Source of the DNA: Heterodontus francisci
Taxonomy: Eukaryota
Reading direction: 5' to 3'
Assembly: GCF_036365525.1 (NCBI RefSeq)
Contig: NW_027140645.1
Span: 1-64,000 of the forward strand
DNA: 64,000 nucleotides
Made by a program: the position numbers and the translations under genes
Shown here: in pieces, positions 1 to 10,829 of the stretch
Position numbering within the stretch: position 1 is the first letter of the stretch
Layout of the letters: every line of letters begins with the position of its first letter
Notes under the pieces: generated by a model
What the model was told of the DNA's origin: nothing
The model's database searches: none
What the model saw: only the letters and a program-made list of their open reading frames with translations

Positions 1-510
1 CAGTTTTGGTCTCCTTACCTTAAGAAATACTTGCCAGGATGGAGGGATTGTCCTATGAGGAAAGATTAAATAGACTGGGCCTTTATTCTCTAGAGTTTAG
101 AAGAATGAGAGGTGATCTCATTCAAACATACAAAATATTTACAGGGCACGACAAGGCAGATGCAGGAAGGATGTTTCCCCTGGCTGGTGCGTCTGGAACC
201 AGGCGACAAAGTCTCAGAATAATGGGCAGGCCATTTAGGACTGAGATGAGGAGGAATTTCTTCACTCAGAGGGTGGTGAATCTTTAGAATTCTCTGCCCC
301 AGAGGGTTGTGGAGGCTCAGTCATCGAGTATATTCAAGACTGAGATCAATAGATTTCTACATATTAAAAACATCAAGTGATACGGGGATAGTGCAAAAGA
401 TGGTGTTGCAGTTGATCATCAGCCATGATCTCATTGAATGGCGGAGCAGGCTCGAAGGGCTGAGTGGCCTCCTCCTGCTCCGATTTCTTATGTTCTTATG
501 TTATGTTCTT
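1..510 (+). mobile_element. CR1 LINE 3' fragment
   Basis: LSYEERLNRLGLYSLEFRRMRGDLI...RNFFTQRVVNL, CR1 3' hairpin and (ttctta/tg) tail. Confidence 0.9.
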
Positions 511-518
511 ATACTCAC

Positions 519-575
519 ACATAGTCTCGCATACATTCCACTGCATAGATCATATTTTCCCGCGTAGATGTCACA
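519..575 (-). CDS. UQCRC2: UQCRC2 exon 5 (57 bp); gene continues beyond the left edge
   Basis: ttttgcag|T GTG ACA TCT ACG CGG GAA AAT ATG...GAC TAT GT|gtgag translates (N)VTSTRENMIYAVECMRDY(V), matching UQCRC2 [20 protein letters not shown]; phase fits exon 4. Confidence 0.95.
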
Positions 576-1234
576 CTGCAAAAGCAGAAATGGCCGGTAA
601 TTTCTGGATGAAATAAACTGAAGTCAACTGTAGCTCAGATGTCTTTGTAAACCTCCTTTTTAAATGTTTCTAGCAATTCATCAACCTGCCACACATTGAC
701 ACAGGGAAATTCAAAACACTTAGAAGTACAGTAAACTAATTTCAGCATTAAAACAGGCAAGGGTTTATTTTCAGTAACTGTGACTAGATGGGTCAGTCAA
801 TGAAACCTGCAGTTTCGACAAGATGCAAATTTAAATTAAGGGGCATTAAACTTGTCCTGCACTGGGTACTCAATAGGATTTTAGGAATCTACTATTCACA
901 TGAAACTGACTAATGACAGAGTGGAACTAGGACTATCTTCATAAATTGGATGTGATCTACTTAAAACCGAAGGCTGGCAGACTGGGTGGTACACCCACTG
1001 CTGAAATGAAAGTCTCTGGTGTGCGCTGCCAGTAAGGGTCCAGTGTGAGATGACTTTGGCCAGTCGCTCATGGACATGGTCCACTGTAAAAGAAAATCAC
1101 ATTTGTCACAAAACTGGCAATTTCACTCCAACAGGCTATAAGAATAGTTGGTGTAAGGAAGAATTCTGGAAATATAATGCATTACTGGCAGTCGCAGAGT
1201 ACAGGATGTTTCTGTTCTGCACCTGGCTATATAG

Positions 1235-2670
1235 TTTTTTTTTATTCCTTCATGGGATGTTGGTGTCACTGCCAAGGCCAGCATTTATTGTCCACCCCAA
1301 ATTGCCCTTGAGGTGATGGTGAGCTGCCTTCTTGAACTGCTGCAGTCCATATGAGGTAGGTACACTCACAGTGCTGTTAGGAAGGGAGTTCCAGGATTTT
1401 GACCCAGTGACAGTGAAGGAATGGCGATATAGTTCCAAGTCAGGATGATGTGTGGCTTGGAGGGGAAATTGCAGGTGGTGGTGTTCCCATGCATCTGCTG
1501 CCCTTGTCCTTCTAGGTGGTAGAGGTCGCGGATTTGGAAGGTGCTAAGGAGCCTTGGTGCGTTGCCACAGTATATCTTGCATATGGTACACGCTGCTGCC
1601 ACTGTACATCGGTGGTGGAAGGAGTGAATGTTTGTGGATGGTGTGCCAATCAAGCAGGCTGCTTTCTTCTGGATGGTGTCAGGCTTCTTGAGTGTTGTTG
1701 GAGCTGCACCCATCCAGGCAAGTGGAGAGTATTCCATCACACTCCTGACTTGTGCCTTGTAGTTGCTGGACAGGCTTTGGGAAGTCAGGAGGTGAGTTAC
1801 TTGCCACAGGATTCCTAGCCTCTGACCTGCTCTTGTAGCCACGGTATTTATATGGCTACTCCAATTCAGTTCCTGGCCAATGGTAACCAACCCCCAGGAT
1901 GTTGATAGTGCGAGATTCAGCGATCATAATGCCATTGAATGTCATGGGGAGATGGTTAGATTCTATGTTGGTGATGGTCATTGCCTGGCACTTGTGTGGT
2001 GCGAATGTTACTTGCCACTTATCAGCCTAAGCCTACATATTGTTCCGATCATTTCTACACGGACTGCTTCAGTATCTAAGGACTCCTGAATGTTGCTGAA
2101 CATTGTGCAATCATCAGCGAATATCCCCATCTCTGACTTTATGATTGAAGGAAGGTCACTGATGAAGCAGCTGAAGATGGTTGGGCCGAGGACAATACTC
2201 TGAGGAACTCTTGCAGTGATGCCCTGAAGCAAAGATGATCGACCAACAACCACAACCATCTTTGTTTGCGCTAGTTATGACTCCCACCAGCGGAGAGTTT
2301 TCCCCCCGATTCCCATTGACTCCAGTTTGCTAGGGCTCCTTGATGCCATACTCGGGCAAATGCTGCCTTGATGTCAAGGGCAGTCACTCCCACCTCACCT
2401 CTTGAGCTCAGCTCTTTTCTCCATGTTTGAACCAAGGCTGTAATGAGGTCAAGAGCTGAGCAACCCTGGTGGAACCCAAACTGAGCAGGTTATTGCTAAG
2501 CAGGTGCCACTTGATAGCACTGTCGATGACACCTTCAATCACTTTACTGTTGATCGAGACAGACTGATGGGGTGGTAATTGGCCGGGTTGGGCTTGTCCT
2601 GCTTTTTGTGTACAGGACATACCTGGGCAATTTTCCACATTGCTGGGTAGATACCAGTTTTGAAGTTGCT
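1235..2670 (-). mobile_element. Second CR1-group LINE family ('LINE-B', MEYSPLAW motif), decayed RT to 3' end
   Basis: VPQSIVLGPTIFSCFISDLP...IFADDCTMF RT motifs; YKAQVRSVMEYSPLAWMGAAPTTLKK; 3' tail gcaataaatgctggcc...catcccatgaa. Confidence 0.85.
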
Positions 2671-2684
2671 GGCCCTAAGGCTAG

Positions 2685-3072
2685 AAAGGAAGAACTTGCA
2701 TTGATATAGCACCTTTCATAATCTGAGGATATCCCAAAGTGCTTTACAGCCAAATAATCATGTTTGGAAGTGTTATTACTGTTGTAGAAAATGGGGAAAC
2801 CAATTTACACACAGTAAAGTCCCACAAGCAGGAATGAGATCGTGACCAGATAATTTTTTTTTTAAAGTGATGTTGGTTACAGGATAAATATTGATGAGCG
2901 CTCCCCTGCTCTTTGAATAGCACTACGGGATCTTTTATGTCCAATGGAGAGCGCAGACGGGGCCTCAGTTTAATGTCTCATCCAAAAGACAGCATCTCTG
3001 ACAATCCAGCACTGCCTCAGTACTGTACTGGGAGTGTCAGCCAACAGTTTGTGCTCAGACTTCTGGAATGGG
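2685..3072 (-). mobile_element. Deu-domain tRNA SINE (SacSINE1/AmnSINE-like)
   Basis: tRNA-like head, core ...ttggatgagacattaaactgaggccccgtctg...aaagatcccgtagtgctatt..., L2-like tail aaggtgctatatcaatgcaag. Confidence 0.7.
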
Positions 3073-3219
3073 ACTTGAACTGATAACCTGCTGACTGAGA
3101 GGCGAGAGTGTTACCCACCGAGCTAGCACTGCCTGATTCGAGCCCACACCCTGATTCTGATATTTCTCATCCTGGTGGATACAGAAATTGAACAGAAAAC
3201 ATGAAATAAGTACACTTAC

Positions 3220-3284
3220 TTCAAGCTGCCTCCAACAGCTTCTATCCCACGGGTTATTCTGAATGACGAAGCTCCCTTTGTTGT
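3220..3284 (-). CDS. UQCRC2: UQCRC2 exon 4 (65 bp)
   Basis: tttacag|ACA ACA AAG GGA GCT TCG TCA TTC AGA ATA ACC CGT GGG ATA GAA GCT GTT GGA GGC AGC TTG AA|gtaag = TTKGASSFRITRGIEAVGGSL. Confidence 0.96.
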
Positions 3285-4120
3285 CTGTAAAACAGAAAAA
3301 GCTTTGGTTAAAACTAAAAGACTACAGTTGCTAACAGAATTCTGTACTCTAAATTTCACAGAAAAATGGAAAGTTTATACATTTTAAGATGTGACAAAAT
3401 TAATCTCTGTTAAAAGTACGTTGAGGAATGCAAGCACAGCAATTGGAGAGTTCAGTGTGGTGCACTGAGAACACATTTTACCGAGGGAACAACAGATAGC
3501 TACATATGTGCTACATAGAGGATAATGGATAACCAGAACTATGCTTCAAGGCAGTAATACTACAAGACAGTTTGTGTGAATTTAACCAATGCACCCAGAT
3601 TCCAAAATACATTGTTAAATGAGGACATTATATCAGTAATAGCAATGACAGAAAATTAGTCAGAATTCCAGCTCCTGATCAATATCCAGTGATTCCTTTG
3701 CAGGTGAGGCCACGATCAGACATTGTTGTGATGCCCAACAGAGTTGAATAGCCTGGCAACATTTCCCCAGAATCACAATGAGAAATGGCCACTCAGAAAA
3801 TGAACCAGAGAACATCCGACACCAGCAGAATTGTATCCCAGCAAGTGGCATTGGGAGAGAGGGGAGGATAGGTGAGAAAACCCAGGGATAGGGGTGGGGA
3901 AAACACTCCCCTTTACCCATACACATACAAATGTAAGCGTGAACCAGATTAATTTCAATTAGACTGTTTAAAACAATCTACCCCACTCAGGATGGTGAAA
4001 GCAAACATAATATATCTCTGATTTAAAACAGATGACATATCGAGAAAGAAATTTTGAAAATGTGTTGCAAAGGTGAAAAGCTGTTCAAGGAGCTAAGCTT
4101 TCTGTTAAAACTTTACTTAC

Positions 4121-4270
4121 CAGGTTTGCTCCCAGGCGAAGGACATGAGTGATGCCCAAGTTACTGGCACTCTCATACCTGCTGCCTGCCTTTATAAAGA
4201 CGCCAATCTTTGAGGTTGGTGAGTAGTTCTCCAGGGAGGCAATTACCAATCCATTTGGCAATTTGGACAC
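4121..4270 (-). CDS. UQCRC2: UQCRC2 exon 3 (150 bp), cytochrome b-c1 complex core protein 2, M16 peptidase-like N-domain
   Basis: ORF 4085..4270 [50 protein letters not shown]; ctgcag acceptor and gtaagt donor. Confidence 0.97.
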
Positions 4271-4599
4271 CTGCAGGGGAAAAATTCAGTCCACATAAAG
4301 ACTTGATTATCCATATTAAATTTAAAATCCTGAGTCTGCACATGTTTTCAACTTAATTTTCTGTTATGATTTTTGGTCACACCTTTTAACTCAACATTTA
4401 ACATTGAATATGCCTATTTAATAAGCTAAAATGGGAATTCCACTATGTAAACAGGTCCTGGTAACACGGTAGTTGCAGGCTGTGACCACTAGGTGGTGGT
4501 TTAGTTTCAATGTTTTATCTAACACACAAATACCACATGTACAAAACAGTCGAATCATAGTCTGATTTATTAACTGGACAGCAAAATAAACACTTATCT

Positions 4600-4930
4600 C
4601 CAGGGATTTGAGTACATAATCTAGGCTGACACCTCAGGGCAATAGTAAAGGAGTGCTGCACTGTTGGAAGTGCTGTCTTTTGGATTACACGGAGGTCCAG
4701 ATACCGCTTCAAACAAGAGCTGGGAAGTTCTCCCAAAGCCCTGGCCAACATTTAGTCATCAACCAACATTACAAACAAACAGAATATCTGGTCAGTCATC
4801 TCACTGCTATCTGTGGGAGCTTTCTGTGCACAAATTGGCTACCACATTTCCCTACAACAGTAACTACAATTCAAAAGAAATTCACGAGATGTGACTTCAG
4901 GCCATCTTGAGGACATGAAAGGTGCATTTA
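4600..4930 (+). mobile_element. Deu-domain SINE, partial
   Basis: Same core and tail as 44823-45201. Confidence 0.6.
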
Positions 4931-5717
4931 AATCATCAGGACAGGCATATAGTGCCTTGGTTTAGCTCCATGCAAAGTATTTCTAATATTTAATTCCAAT
5001 TGTTTTTCCTTGGTAATTTTTCTCCCTCCCTTCCTCTCCTGAAAGTACTGATTCCTCGGTGGGCAGTTCCACAGAACCCTTGCTCCCTCTAGTATCTTGC
5101 CCCAATGGTCAATCTTCACATGCAAGCCTAGACAGCGAGGGAGCTAAAAAGCCACAGCTATGTTCCTACCCTCACCCTGGCTGAAGTCAGCTAACTCAGC
5201 ACCAAAGGATTGAACCTGGGACCTTCTGGTCCACAGACTCAACTACTCGCCAGATCAATGAACCAAGCCCAAACCATCTTAATATTTTTTCCCTTCGGGG
5301 ATGTGTGAACAGCAATTAAAAGATGTACAAGTGCTCAAGTCTTGTGAAGCTGTGCGAAAATTGTCTGTCACATTTCCTACACTGCAACAGTGATTACACT
5401 TCATAAGTATTTCATTGACTGCAAAGTGCTGAGACGTCCGGTGGTCGTGACGTGTTACATAAACGCAAGTCTTTCTTTTTCTTTAAAGAGCAAATTGAAC
5501 GCGTGATGCGGATCATAACAATACAGAAAGTGCAGACCACAAGCAACCTCAGCGGCATGCAGCACACTGTTACAATATATACTAGGGCACCTTCATGGAC
5601 ATCAGCTATCTGCTCAAAGTAGCACAAAGCCGTGATGCCATTGAGGGGTTTGCTCAAAAAGATGATCAAGGCAAAATCACATTTCTGGAAAAGAAGTTGC
5701 GACTAGTGTTCACTGAC

Positions 5718-5807
5718 CTGCAGCTCCTGAGGTGGAAGGTGTAGTTTCTCTGCAGCTGCTGTAAACTCATACTGAGGCACAGCTTTGGGTGAATAAAGCC
5801 TCTTTGT
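5718..5807 (-). CDS. UQCRC2: UQCRC2 exon 2 (90 bp, or 84 bp if the downstream AAG acceptor is used)
   Basis: tttgatttcag|ACA AAG AGG CTT TAT TCA...CAG GAG CTG CAG|gtcagt = TKRLYSPKAVPQYEFTAAAEKLHLPPQELQ, similar to human RFYS...PPQPQDLE; phase 0 at both ends. Confidence 0.9.
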
Positions 5808-7324
5808 CTGAAATCAAAAATTCACGACAATCAATTGAAAGATTTCAGAAAGGCCAGGACACCTGTCCTGGAAACCTCGATGAAGGTTTTTGCTCCATTT
5901 GTTTTTAATATGTATTTAAATAGTAGAAGAAACTAAAGCTCCATTTCACATCTCATGATTGAAAGATCATTTCCAGTCCAAAGTTTGGAGCAAGCTGATT
6001 TTTTAACAGATTATAACCCATAATTGTTAAAGTTCTACAAAAGCAAAATACTGCGCATGTTGGAAATACATAGAGAGGGGAACAGAGTTAACATTTCAGG
6101 TTGATGGTCTCTCCATTTGCCTTACACCATCATTCCTTTCGTCATTTAATCTTTCCTGCCTTCCACCCTATTGCAGGCCTTCCCTCCTGTTCTTCCCACC
6201 CCCCCTCCCTGCCTCTGTGCTTGCTTAAAACCTCTTCCATCCCTAAATCTCTCCAATTCTGATGAAAAAACATTGACCCGAAACATTATCTGTTTCTCAC
6301 TCGGCAGACGCTGCCTGACCCAATGACTGTTTCCAGCATTTTCTGTTTTTAAATATGAGTTAAACTTTTAATGATTAGTGACAGTACAATACAGACCACA
6401 TAAATTGTTCTTCAAGGGCAATTAGGGATGGGCAATAAATGCTGGCCTGGCCAGTGATGCCCACATCCCATGAATGAATAAAAAAAACTGTTATTGTTTC
6501 AGCTTTAGCTACTTTTCCTGGTCTACATTAGAAGGTGGGTGACCATCCTGCTCCACTACTGCTGTTCTGAGCAGGAACTGCCCGACAGGTGGCCAGATAT
6601 AGCTCCCCTCCTTCTGACCTCCCTCAGCTGCTCTTTACAGTGCAGATCTCAACACAGGAACTCAATGCAGTATGCACTACTGCTCCATGGTACAACCAGG
6701 TGCTACACCACAACCAGAAGTTTTAAACTAGTTTAGTTTTCAACTTGCTAAATCGGCTTTGAATGCTATATTGCTATGATTTTCACCTATCAGTTATGAA
6801 TCAAAAATGAACCATCCTTAAAAAAAGAAACCAGAATCATAAAAATGACAAAGTAAGTGGCCATTTGGCCCATCTTGTCTATGCTGGTGCTAACTATTCA
6901 ACTGGGGCTTTTTAGATCAATCGCTTTTCTCATTATCATTTCTATTACAGTCTACTCTTGACAAATCAAAGCGCTATTCTCGAAGAAAATAATCAAATTA
7001 ACTATTAATTCAAATAATCCAGTTATTGAAATTAAACCACTTTTCATTAACAGCTTTTTCCTATCAAATTTCCTTTTAAGTTGTACTAGAATCCAGCCTC
7101 AATAATCGCTTGTGGTTCCTTATCTTAACGAACCACGGTACAAAATTTCTAACTTCCCTCTCCTTCTAGCTGAGTAAATATCCACTCATTAGTGACCTTA
7201 CAACCAAGTCGTCACCGTTTACCCGCTCAAAAACTTTCACAATTTTGTAAATCTTCCCTGCAATTTAGAGAATTTTCACTGCCCCCTTTCCATGGATCTA
7301 ATATCCATGGAAATATCCATCTAA

Positions 7325-7610
7325 TGTCAGTTGCCAGCGATCGCCAGAGCTGGCGGGCAGCCTTAAAGGCGGGGCTAAAGCGTGGCGAGTCGAAGAGACT
7401 TAGCAGTTGGCAGGAAAAAAGACAAAAGTGCAAGGGGAGAGCCAACTGCGTAACAGCCCCGACAACCAATTTTATCTGCAGCACCTGTGGAACAGTCTGT
7501 CACTCTAGTATTGGCCTTTATAGCCACTCCAGGCGCTGCTTCACAAACCACTGACCACCTGCAGGCGCTTACCCATTGTCTCCCGAGACAAGGTGGCCAA
7601 AGAAGAAGAA
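7325..7610 (+). mobile_element. RTE-clade LINE 3' fragment
   Basis: SVASDRQSWRAALKAG...FICSTCGTVCHSSIGLYSHSRRC (C-terminal zinc knuckle) and (GAA)n tail; near copy of 8515-8800. Confidence 0.85.
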
Positions 7611-7845
7611 TATCCTTCCTATAACAAAGTGTCCAGAACTGTGTGCAATATTCCAACCAATGTCTTGAGCAAATTCAACACAAATTCCTTGCTTTTGTAT
7701 CTAATGTCCCTCTATATATTCCCACTTACCTGTTGTGATACTCAAGTTATTGTCTTTTTTGTGCCAGAAGCGATCAAGGTAAAGTCGAGATAGGATGTTT
7801 AACATTGTTGATGCAAAGTGACATTTATATGAGAATTAAGTAGCA

Positions 7846-8800
7846 ATCCTGCCACCTTCCATGCGGCTCACATGGCCAAGCCATCTCAAGCGCCGCTGAC
7901 TCAGTAGGATGTATATGCTGGGGATGTTGGCCGCCTCAAGGACATCTGTGTTGGATATACGGTCCTGCCACCTGATGCCAAGAATTCTCCGGAGGCAGCG
8001 AAGATGGAATGAGTTGAGACGACACTCGTGGCTGACATACGTTGTCCAGGCCTCGCTGCCGTAGAGCAAGATACTGAGGAGTGGGAGTCAGGCTTGAAAC
8101 ACTCGGACTTTTGTGTTCCGTGTCAGTGCGCCATTTTCCCCACACCCTCTTGGCCAGTCTGGACATAGCAGCGGACGCCTTTCCCATGCGCTTGTTGATT
8201 TCTGCTTTGGGAGACAGGTTACTGGTGATAGTTGATCCCAGGTAGGTGAACTCTTGAACCACTTGCAGAGCGTGGTCGCCGATAATGATGGATGGAGCAT
8301 TTCTGACGTCCTGTCCCATGATGTTCGTTTTCTTGAGGCTGATGGTTAGACCAAATAGGCCATGTGAACCGCATGGAAGATGACAGGATCCCCAAGGACA
8401 CATTGTACAGCGAGCTCATCACTGGTATCAGCCCCACCGGCCGTCCATGTCTCCGCTTTAAAGACGTCTACAAACGCAACATGAAGTCCTGTGACATTGA
8501 CCACAATTCGTGGGAGTCAGTTGCCAGTGATCGCCAGAGCTGGCGGACAGCCATAAGGGTGGGGCTAAAGAGTGGCGAGTCGAAGAGACTTAGCAGTTGG
8601 CAGGAAAAAAAGACAGAAGTGCAAAGAGAGAGCCAACTGTGTTACAGCCCCGACAACCAATTTTATCTGTAGCACCTGTGGAAGAGTCTGTCACTCTAGA
8701 ATTGGCCTTTATAGTCACTCCAGTCGCTGCTCCACAAACCACTGACCACCTCCAGGTGCTTACCCATTGTCTCTCGAGACAAGGAGGACAAAGAAGAAGA
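7846..8800. mobile_element. RTE-clade LINE with inverted 5' portion (7846-8357 minus; 8358-8800 plus)
   Basis: Minus: FGLTISLKKT...FTYLGS...LYGSEAW...LRWLGHVSRM; plus: GHVNRMEDDRIPKDTLYSEL...GRPCLRFKD, then (GAA)n tail. Confidence 0.88.
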
Positions 8801-9472
8801 AAGAGCAATTGAACCACATTTATTGATGAATAATCACAGTATAACAAATACTGTAAAGATAATAAAAATGCCGAACAAACTTGTTGAAAATAAATTTCCC
8901 CTCGCCATCCCAAAACCATCGTTAAATTAGAAATATAAAACATAAGGCTCTGTCCCTAAAGACAGTGTAAGGATAGTGCAGCTGTTGCTATCTCACAATA
9001 ACCTTTGCAATGTCAAGATCCTACACCAGTACTGCTGCAGTGACTGGTTTGGGATATATAGCAATGTATTTATTTAAAATGCTATGAATTTGCAGAAGAG
9101 ATCCTGGAAATGGGAGAATTTGGGGTTTGTGACTGGTTTAACTGAGCAGTGAGAGGCTGAATCTCTCCATTTCACCCAGTGGCGGGATGACCTTCAGTAA
9201 CCTCACGGCGCTCGTCCTGGTCACCGGGTGTCCCGGTCACCGCGCTTCCAACTGCATTCAGCAGCCGGACTGTGCTTACTGAGGATCAGTATGGGTTCAG
9301 GGGCGAGTCACCGCCGGGAAGGCCGAGCGGCCGCTCCTACCCGGGCAGCGGCCTAGGCCGCACCGGGGTCACCGGGTTATTTTCCGTTTGCGGGCTCTAC
9401 GGATAAGAAACCGGGCGCTTATTGCCGAGTAATGACTAGTCCCTCAGCAGGGATCCGGAAAGGGACACTTAC

Positions 9473-9517
9473 AGCAAGGTTTGCGAGCGCAGAATTCACT
9501 CTCCTCACCAACCTCAT
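9473..9517 (-). CDS. UQCRC2: UQCRC2 exon 1 coding part (mitochondrial presequence MRLVRRVNSALANLA)
   Basis: ATG at 9517 in a CpG-rich region; 15 codons, Arg-rich with no acidic residues, followed by gtaagt donor; phase 0 joins exon 2. Confidence 0.88.
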
Positions 9518-9544
9518 CCTCTCCGCGTCGCCTCCCCCGACTCA

Positions 9545-9800
9545 GACACACACAATATGGCGGCCAACCAGCGACTGCGCTTGACACACACAATATGGCG
9601 GCCAACCAGCGACTGCGCTTGACACACACAATATGGCGGCCAACCAGCGACTGCGCTTGACACACACAATATGGCGACCTACGCGCGACTGCTCTTGACA
9701 CATACAGTATGGCAGCTCGCCAGCAACCAGTGGTGTGACACATACAATATGGCGGTCCACCAGCTACCGCCTCAAAGACACACACAATATGGCGGCCGTT
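9545..9800 (+). repeat. 38-40 bp tandem repeat, 7 copies, each carrying a YY1-like CAANATGGCGGC motif
   Basis: Unit gacacacacaatatggcggccaaccagcgactgcgctt starts at 9545, 9583, 9621, 9659; diverged copies at 9697, 9737, 9777. Confidence 0.9.
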
Positions 9801-10024
9801 GCCCTTCCCACTCTATGTGGAGGAATCTGTCAATCACAGACAAGTAATGTTTAAAGGTTCTTGTGAACTGCTCTCGGTTTTAATATTACATTATACTAGA
9901 TTAGATACATAGTGTACATGTGCATTGCATTTTACTGTGTCATCTGTTGTATATGTTGCATTGTGTGTCACCTAGGTTACATTGTGTGATAATATTGTAT
10001 GTTATACTCTGCATATATACCATG

Positions 10025-10500
10025 CAAAAAAGTTCAGATGTTGAAAATCTAAAACAAAAATAGACAATACTGGAAGTATTCAGCACGTCAATCAACATCT
10101 GTGGATAAAACAGATTAGCTACTATTTTAAGTAAAGATTCTTCGACAGAACTGGCTATTATTGAAATAAAAAAACAGAAAATGCTGAAAATACTCAACAG
10201 TCTGGCAGCATCTGTGGAGAGAGAAACAGATTTAATGTTTCAGGTCAGTGACCCTTCTTCAAAACTCGATGAAAGTTCCCAGTTCTGATGAAGGGTCACT
10301 GACCTGAAACGTTAACTCTGCTTCTCTCTCCACTGATGCTGCCAGACCCGCTGAGTATTTCCAGCACTTTGTTTTTATTTCAGATTTCCAGCATCTGCAG
10401 TATTTTGCTTTTATTTTATTGGCTATTACTGATAACTTATCTGTTCTATCCATAGATGCTGGCTTCGTTGCTGACTGCTTCTGGCATTTTCTGCTTTCGT
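10025..10500. mobile_element. Cluster of Penelope-like element terminal-repeat remnants in inverted orientation
   Basis: About 105-bp arms 10162-10266 and 10281-10382 are imperfect inverted repeats; the same sequence recurs at about 6040-6350, 15050-15690, 49950-50075 and 57230-57355; it carries a hammerhead core as in PLE pseudo-LTRs. Confidence 0.65.
10281..10317 (+). ncRNA. Minimal type I hammerhead ribozyme motif
   Basis: AGTT-CTGATGA-A-GGGTC(act)GACCT-GAAAC-GTT-AACT: stem I AGUU/AACU, conserved CUGAUGA and GAAA boxes, stem II hairpin, palindromic ACGU stem III. Confidence 0.65.
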
Positions 10501-10829
10501 TGTAAAATCAAGCTCGGAAGATCGCTAGTTCCATTCCATTTATAAATTATTAAACTTGTGTTAAACTTGTATTAAACCTAAATTATTACCTTGTGTAGGG
10601 CATGGACTTCCTATCTATAAACTTTACTTCCTGTTCTCATTACTTTTAATCATACTTTTGTGTCAACATTTACCACTGTACATTACCGTGTCAATATTTC
10701 CCATTCCTATTTCCTATGTTAACTGTTACAATGTTGTTATTGGTTCTGGTTCAGTCACTATCTTACATATAAAGTTAAATTCATCAGTTGATCATAGACG
10801 ATGCCATTGCAATTTATTAGTCGTTTATT

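Larger units (their letters stand above)
9170..9800 (-). promoter_or_regulatory. CpG-rich promoter/5' region of UQCRC2
   Basis: Local GC/CpG enrichment surrounding exon 1 in an otherwise AT-rich background. Confidence 0.7.

Noticed and set aside
9545-9800. CRISPR-like array or coding ORFs 9444..9785 / 9542..9760
   Set aside because: The variable parts are homologous to each other rather than unique spacers; the ORFs are repeat translation artefacts
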